NCBI GenBank assembly: GCA_049903315.1
Contig: JBNGBT010000003.1
Span: 192,001-256,000 of the forward strand
Direction of reading: 5' to 3'
Source of the DNA: Candidatus Cloacimonadota bacterium
GTDB taxonomy: Bacteria > Cloacimonadota > Cloacimonadia > JGIOTU-2
DNA length: 64,000 nt
Shown here: positions 58,692 through 64,000 of the stretch, one piece after another
Numbering within the stretch: position 1 is the first letter of the stretch
Layout: each line of letters opens with the position of its first letter
Translations under genes and position numbers: made by a program
The notes under the pieces: model-generated
Told to the model about the DNA's origin: nothing
What the model saw: only the letters and a program-made list of their open reading frames with translations
The model's database searches: none

Positions 58692-59213
58692 TCAAACAAG
58701 TTCCCTCAACACAATCCTATACGAAGGTCTATACAAATTCTTATAAACAGCAGAATGTGAAAAATGAGGAAAGACGTGCTCGTTTAATAATTTGTTTAAC
58801 CTATTCCACCGATCAGGAGTGAACTGTTCGAACGTATTGCCTTCGATCAATGAACCTAATGCAAGCCAATAGTGTTTTAGTTTATCTTTGTCGGGAATTA
58901 TTTTTCGCTGCGTCTCACACAACATTTCAAAAAGTGCATTAAGCGAACATTGTTTTCTGAAAACAGGTATATTCAATCGTACGAGTTCATGATCCAGCGA
59001 AATATCAACATACAAATCGTTCTCATGGTTTTCATTAGGTGAATCAAATTCATTTTTCAGATATGAATATGCCAGTTCTTTATTCTGCAAGATATGCGCT
59101 GGTCCCATCACACTTTGGTAGAGAAGTTTATACACATCCCCGAGTTCCATTGCCGGATAGAGCTCCAGATGACAATAAATAAGTTCAATCATTTTCTTTT
59201 TGTTCATGACCAT
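58692..59213 (-). CDS. Conserved-looking hypothetical protein
   Basis: HLELYPAM...DVYKLLYQSVMGPAH and HSAVYKNLYRPSYRIV look like family motifs; no function recognised. Confidence 0.7.
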   Translation of the reverse strand: MVMNKKKMIELIYCHLELYPAMELGDVYKLLYQSVMGPAHILQNKELAYSYLKNEFDSPNENHENDLYVDISLDHELVRLNIPVFRKQCSLNALFEMLCETQRKIIPDKDKLKHYWLALGSLIEGNTFEQFTPDRWNRLNKLLNEHVFPHFSHSAVYKNLYRPSYRIVLRELV

Positions 59214-59432
59214 ATCCCATATTTTGTGAAATCATTGACAAGAAAATTAGTAAACTCAAATGCAAGGCATATTTATACCACAGAGGTTGAAAAAAATCAT
59301 TTTATTATTTATATGATTTTCATCATATTCGGCTTTTTTTATTCGTAGTTATCATATTCGTATCTTGATGCTCAGTCTTGTTTATAAAGATATTTAATTT
59401 TTTTTAAATAAATAAATTTTGTAGGAGCTACA

Positions 59433-61076
59433 ATGGAATTTTATTCAAAGCTAGAAAAGCTGATTGAGAATCATCCTCTTATACTGGAGGATATCCCACG
59501 AACTGAAATGATCGGACATGCAATTGATAATGGTGAAGCTGTTATCTCAGCAAATGGATCTTGTACCACTTGGACCCCGATCGAATCTACCGGCAGGAGC
59601 CCTAAAGACACGTTGATCGTTCGACGACCAGCAAGTGAGGAAGATATTGATTGGAACTCACCAAACAATATTCCCCTCGATCCTGAAACATTTGAGATGA
59701 TTCTCGAAGACACTCTCAAAACCTTTTCAGAGAAGGACAAGATCTATATCACGAATAGAGTGCTCAGTGCAGAGACATCCTATGCACTTCCCGTACGAAC
59801 TATCTGTGATCAGTCCTTAACAGCGCTTTTTACAGATAATATGTTCCGCCCTGTTCCTGAAGATATTTCTGAGAGTGTTTTTGCGTTTAATGGTTTCACG
59901 ATCCTCGTGCTTCCCTATGATAAACTGGATAGGGCGCGTTATAAAGGACGGCTTCGCACACTTCCTGATGGCAAGACTTCGAATATGGCAATTGTGATGG
60001 ATTTTGATAAAAGGATCGGTGTGGTGTATGGCTCTGCGTATGGCGGAAGCGTGAAAAAACTTATGTTCACTGTAATGAATTATTATCTTCCTGCTGAAGG
60101 CATTTTACCGTTGCATTGCTCTGCTAATGAGGGAGAGAATGGAGATTCAGCTCTCCTGCTTGGACTTTCCGGCACAGGAAAAACTACCCTTTCTGCAGAT
60201 CCCAAACGTGCGCTTCTTGGTGATGATGAACACGGATGGAGTGAAAAGGGAATCGCAAATTTTGAGAATGGATGTTATGCAAAACTGATAAATCTTCGCG
60301 CTGATAAAGAGCCGGAAATTTATCACGCAGTGTTTCATGATGCTGACTATCTTAAGCATGGCGCAATTATCGAGAATTGTATGATGTATCCCGATGGCCA
60401 TTTCGACGTCGATGATGAGCGATTGACACCGAATTCTCGTGGCTCATATCCCTTAACATTTCTCTCAAATATAAAACATTCATCTAAATCAGGACATCCG
60501 ACAACCATCCTCTTCCTCACTGCCGATGCCAATGCAGTGATACCTCCTATTGCAAAGCTGAATCCCGAACAGGCAATGCTCTGGTTCCTGATGGGCTACA
60601 CAAGCAAGCTTGCCGGAACTGAAACAGGAATTGTCGAACCGGTCTCCACTTTTTCACGATTTTTCGGCGCACCTTTTATGCCGAGAAATCCGGATGTGTA
60701 TGCGTCTATGCTTGGTGAAAAGATGAAGGAATATCACACGCAGGTGTATCTTGTGAATACCGGCTGGAGTGGTGGCCCCTTTGGTGTTGGTTCACGGATG
60801 GACATCAATTTAACCAGAAGACTTGTTGAAGCAGCATTGAGTGGGGAACTTAAAAATGTGCAATATCAAGAAAATGAGATGTTCCACTTGTCAGTTCCGC
60901 TAGAATGTCCCGGAGTGCCTTCTGAAATTCTCGATCCGCACAATACCTGGGAAGACAAGAATGCATATAATGAACGGGCAAAGAAATTAGCTTCGGAATT
61001 CAGTGCATACTTCGATAAAGCGTACGGAGATAAAAATATTGATCCGGCAATCAGAGCGCAGTGTCCTGGGAAATAA
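59433..61076 (+). CDS. pckA: Phosphoenolpyruvate carboxykinase (ATP)
   Basis: TGRSPKD, YGGSVKK, HCSAN, GLSGTGKTTLS, GDDEHGW and ENGCYAK. Confidence 0.97.
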   Translation: MEFYSKLEKLIENHPLILEDIPRTEMIGHAIDNGEAVISANGSCTTWTPIESTGRSPKDTLIVRRPASEEDIDWNSPNNIPLDPETFEMILEDTLKTFSEKDKIYITNRVLSAETSYALPVRTICDQSLTALFTDNMFRPVPEDISESVFAFNGFTILVLPYDKLDRARYKGRLRTLPDGKTSNMAIVMDFDKRIGVVYGSAYGGSVKKLMFTVMNYYLPAEGILPLHCSANEGENGDSALLLGLSGTGKTTLSADPKRALLGDDEHGWSEKGIANFENGCYAKLINLRADKEPEIYHAVFHDADYLKHGAIIENCMMYPDGHFDVDDERLTPNSRGSYPLTFLSNIKHSSKSGHPTTILFLTADANAVIPPIAKLNPEQAMLWFLMGYTSKLAGTETGIVEPVSTFSRFFGAPFMPRNPDVYASMLGEKMKEYHTQVYLVNTGWSGGPFGVGSRMDINLTRRLVEAALSGELKNVQYQENEMFHLSVPLECPGVPSEILDPHNTWEDKNAYNERAKKLASEFSAYFDKAYGDKNIDPAIRAQCPGK

Positions 61077-61094
61077 TCAAAGTTATATACAAAT

Positions 61095-61132
61095 AAAAAC
61101 CCCACCATTTCCTTTTAGTGGGGTTTTTTTTT
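61095..61132. terminator. Bidirectional intrinsic terminator
   Basis: AAAAACCCCAC-12 nt loop-GTGGGGTTTTTTTTT between convergent pckA and DUF2147 genes. Confidence 0.85.
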
Positions 61133-61147
61133 ACAAAAGTAAAACTA

Positions 61148-61648
61148 TTACTTATTTCCTTCTTCGATCATTTCCTTAGGTTTCTCTTTTTCGAAGGGAT
61201 CTGACACACGTTCCCATGTCTGACTTCGACCAATTCGAATTATTGCTTTGATATAGCCGCGCACCTGTAATTTTGTACCATCTTCGAAGGTTCGGATCTT
61301 GCAATTATAGGTTTTTCCTTTTTTAGGATCGAGAATTTTACCGCCATCCCACCAGCCATCCTTATCTTCGGTAAGACCCCACATGATGGTTGCACCTATC
61401 ATAGGCTTTCCTTCAAGATCTCCTGAGCCTTTTGCACAGGTTGGATTTTGGTCTTCATCGGGTTTGCGGAAAAGTTTTACAATCTTGCCATTCATTTTTC
61501 CGTTTTCAATCCAGATATTAACAACTGATTTTGCTTCACCTGTTTCATCATCGATGGTTTTCCACCAGCCCACTGGTGAAAGGTTGTCTGCATAAAGTGC
61601 CATAGTGATAAAAATGACACTTATGATCAGTAAGAGTAATTTTTTCAT
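61148..61648 (-). CDS. DUF2147 domain exported protein
   Basis: Signal peptide from MKKLLL (GGAGG RBS); WKTIDD, GKILDPKKGKTY, VRGY and GRSQTW. Confidence 0.9.
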   Translation of the reverse strand: MKKLLLLIISVIFITMALYADNLSPVGWWKTIDDETGEAKSVVNIWIENGKMNGKIVKLFRKPDEDQNPTCAKGSGDLEGKPMIGATIMWGLTEDKDGWWDGGKILDPKKGKTYNCKIRTFEDGTKLQVRGYIKAIIRIGRSQTWERVSDPFEKEKPKEMIEEGNK

Positions 61649-61688
61649 TGCTCCTCCCGGAGTTTTATTTGATGTGATGTGATTTTTT

Positions 61689-62366
61689 TCATACAAAAAT
61701 TATTGTTAAAATGATAACGATGACCAGACTTGGCAGCATATTTATCACTTTTAATTTCTTGATCTCTAAAATTGATATTCCAAGTCCAGTAAGGATTATT
61801 CCACCAACCGCAGTGAGTTCATTGATGATCGGCATAGTTACAGATTGTTCGAAAAGCCGCGCAAATAAAGTTAAACCACCTTGGTAAATAAGCAGGGGTA
61901 TCACAGAAAGCATTACCCCGATCCCAAGTGCTGCAGCAAGTGCAATGGAGGCAAAACCGTCGAGGAGAGATTTGGTGAGAAGAAGGTTCGGATTTCCTCC
62001 CAAACCTTCCTCTATTGCGCCTAATATAGTCATGGATCCCATGCAGAAAAGCAAGAAAGCCGTTACCAAGCCCTCAGAGAATTTATCATTTTTAGAGTGC
62101 CATTTTTTTTTCAGAGAATCGCTGATCCTGGTTAGCCACGCATCAATATCAAGTAGTTGCCCAACTATCGAACCCATAATAAGACTAAAGATCAAGATGA
62201 GATAATGTTCTGTTTTAAGAGCCATTGTAATGCCGAGGAAAATTGTAAATAAACCGATTGCCTGAAATGCAATAGTTGTAAGTTTTTCCGGGAGTTTCTT
62301 TCGGAGAATTATACCAATGATACTTCCGAGAATTACTGCACCGACGTTGACGATCGTGCCAATCAT
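61689..62366 (-). CDS. DUF554 family membrane protein
   Basis: MIGTIVN, LFCMGSMTILG, KSLLDG, YQGGLT and NMLPSL. Confidence 0.92.
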   Translation of the reverse strand: MIGTIVNVGAVILGSIIGIILRKKLPEKLTTIAFQAIGLFTIFLGITMALKTEHYLILIFSLIMGSIVGQLLDIDAWLTRISDSLKKKWHSKNDKFSEGLVTAFLLFCMGSMTILGAIEEGLGGNPNLLLTKSLLDGFASIALAAALGIGVMLSVIPLLIYQGGLTLFARLFEQSVTMPIINELTAVGGIILTGLGISILEIKKLKVINMLPSLVIVIILTIIFV

Positions 62367-62367
62367 A

Positions 62368-63108
62368 CTATTCGAACCTGCCCACAGTAAAGAAATCCTG
62401 TATCTCTTTTATATCCGAAGCCAGTGCTTCTTTCAGAGTGCCGACGAAAAGTGCTTTTCCCTGATCAAGAAAAACGATCCTGTCTGCAATCCTATGAATG
62501 CTGGCAAGCTCATGGGTTACGACGACAATTGTCATGTTAAGCTGGTGCTTCATTTGAAGAAGAAGCTTATCAATTGCAGCCGAAGTTATAGGATCCAGCC
62601 CGGCATTCGGCTCATCGCAGAAGAGAAGCTGGGGATCGAGCGCAATAGCTCGTGCAAGAGCTGCTCGCTTTCTCATACCTCCGGAAAGTTCTGCAGGTGA
62701 GAGATACATTGCATGTGCAAGTTCAACAAGATTCAGCTTTGTTTCAATGATCCTGTTTATGAGATCTCTTTCAAGGTTTGAGTGCTGTTCTAGGGGTATG
62801 GCAACATTTTCGCCAATTGAAAGTGAGTTCAAGAGCGCTCCGTTTTGAAAGAGCACCCCGCATTTCATGAGTATTTCCTCGAAATCTTCCTCTTCCATTG
62901 TCGTGGTTTCTTGCCCAAAGATTTTGATTAAGCCGGATACGGGTTTCAGCAGTCCAATAATATGTTTGAGAAGCGTGGTTTTTCCACAACCGCTCCCCCC
63001 AAGAATTATGAAAACTTCGTTCTCTTTTATATCAAGAGTAATACCATCAAGAATGCGACGTCCATCATATTCAGTGATCAAATCCTTAACTTCAATAATA
63101 TTTTCCAT
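62368..63108 (-). CDS. mlaF: MlaF/Mkl-type ABC transporter ATP-binding protein
   Basis: GGSGCGKT, LFQNGAL, LSGGMRKRAALARA, DEPNAGLDPI and VTHE. Confidence 0.9.
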   Translation of the reverse strand: MENIIEVKDLITEYDGRRILDGITLDIKENEVFIILGGSGCGKTTLLKHIIGLLKPVSGLIKIFGQETTTMEEEDFEEILMKCGVLFQNGALLNSLSIGENVAIPLEQHSNLERDLINRIIETKLNLVELAHAMYLSPAELSGGMRKRAALARAIALDPQLLFCDEPNAGLDPITSAAIDKLLLQMKHQLNMTIVVVTHELASIHRIADRIVFLDQGKALFVGTLKEALASDIKEIQDFFTVGRFE

Positions 63109-63113
63109 GTCGA

Positions 63114-64000
63114 TTAATAGAATAGAAGTCCAAGTATGGAGTCAGCAACAATCACCATAAAGATAGCGGTTACTACAGAAGCAGTCGTGGAACGTCCCAC
63201 TCCACCAGCGCCGCCTTTTGCACGTAATCCGAAGAATACGCCGACGATTGTGATCAGCCAGGCAAAAACAAAACTTTTCACCACACTTGTGATGATATCT
63301 TTGAGCACCATAACGTTTGCCATCCTATCCACAAATGCCGTAGGACTCAATTTCAGATATGTAATGCCAATCAGGAATCCTCCCATTATTCCAATAATGT
63401 CTGCAAAAATGGTAAGGAGTGGAGTTGCGATCGTCATTGCATATAATTTGGGGAGTACAACATATTTGATAGGGTTGAGCGCCATTGTTTTCAGTGCATC
63501 GAGTTCTTCAGAGATTTTCATTGTAGCGATTTCGGAAGCTATTGCAGAACCGCTTCTGCCCGCAAGAATGATCGCAGTCATAAGAGGACCCATTTCTCTG
63601 GTCATAGAAATTGCAATGAGATCAACAATGAAAATATTCGCACCGAAACTCCTGAGCTGCTGGGCAGATTGAAGCGAAAGAATAAAGCCGACAAGGAATG
63701 AAATGAGTCCTACAATCGGAAGTGCATTTACACCGATAAGATTGCTTTGGACAACAAATTCCCCTTTGCGCTGCCCTTTTTTAGAGAAGATGCCAACCAC
63801 ACCCCAATAAAACATATCTGCAGCAAGGTATATGAAGTATTTGACATTATCAAAAAAATCAAAACCCTTATCTCCGAGCCCTTCAAAATATCCAAGTTTT
63901 CGAGGTTTTTCAAACTCTTTCTCACCGAGTTCCAGTGATGAAAAGACAGTGAGAGAATCTTGTACTTTTTCTGAAGCATTGATGATATTCGTTTCAATTG
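63114..64000 (-). CDS. mlaE: MlaE-family ABC permease; 5' part runs off the window (probably STAS-fused)
   Basis: REMGPLMTAIILAGRSGSAIASEIATMK...DAL and GVGRSTTASVV. The frame stays open from 63815 to the window end (IETNIINASEKVQDSLTVF...). Confidence 0.9.
   Translation of the reverse strand, partial: IETNIINASEKVQDSLTVFSSLELGEKEFEKPRKLGYFEGLGDKGFDFFDNVKYFIYLAADMFYWGVVGIFSKKGQRKGEFVVQSNLIGVNALPIVGLISFLVGFILSLQSAQQLRSFGANIFIVDLIAISMTREMGPLMTAIILAGRSGSAIASEIATMKISEELDALKTMALNPIKYVVLPKLYAMTIATPLLTIFADIIGIMGGFLIGITYLKLSPTAFVDRMANVMVLKDIITSVVKSFVFAWLITIVGVFFGLRAKGGAGGVGRSTTASVVTAIFMVIVADSILGLLFY

Noticed and set aside
1..64000. tRNA, rRNA, tmRNA, transposases, integrases, prophage or defence systems
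   Set aside because: None recognised in any ORF or intergenic gap by eye; tRNAscan, Rfam and DefenseFinder were not run.

Overview
A gene-dense 64-kb chromosomal segment of a moderately AT-rich diderm bacterium (waaA and Mla-type ABC genes present). The FlgD-Ig/T9SS-like C-terminal domain, GWxTD protein and GGGPS+DGGGPS pair point to the FCB group, most likely Cloacimonadota; this is inference, not a database result. About 54 CDS were called. Housekeeping genes include priA, yraN, dnaE, rplU, rpmA, rng, pdxJ, waaA, PBP1A, glmS, recO, pckA, mlaEF, a DEAD-box helicase, dhaKL and moxR. Signalling genes include two stand-alone Cache proteins, a REC-PAS-GAF-GGDEF cyclase, a TPR kinase and a hybrid kinase. 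A 1267-aa secreted protein carries beta-helix, FG-GAP, cohesin and dockerin modules. I saw no rRNA, tRNA, CRISPR array or transposase. Highlights: (1) an uncharacterised four-gene membrane operon (12364-15679, DUF6754-like) whose products read as two pairs of distant paralogues with opposite membrane topology, suggesting an undescribed pseudo-symmetric transporter or channel; (2) a translationally coupled archaeal-type ether-lipid operon (polyprenyl synthase, DGGGPS, GGGPS) ending in a PHP phosphatase; (3) a cohesin-dockerin-cohesin surface protein; (4) a REP-doublet-like palindrome present twice; (5) 15 correctly oriented TTGACA boxes with no consensus -10; (6) a monocistronic pilin lacking the canonical G|F cleavage site. 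All domain calls come from motif recognition by eye, and counts are hand counts.
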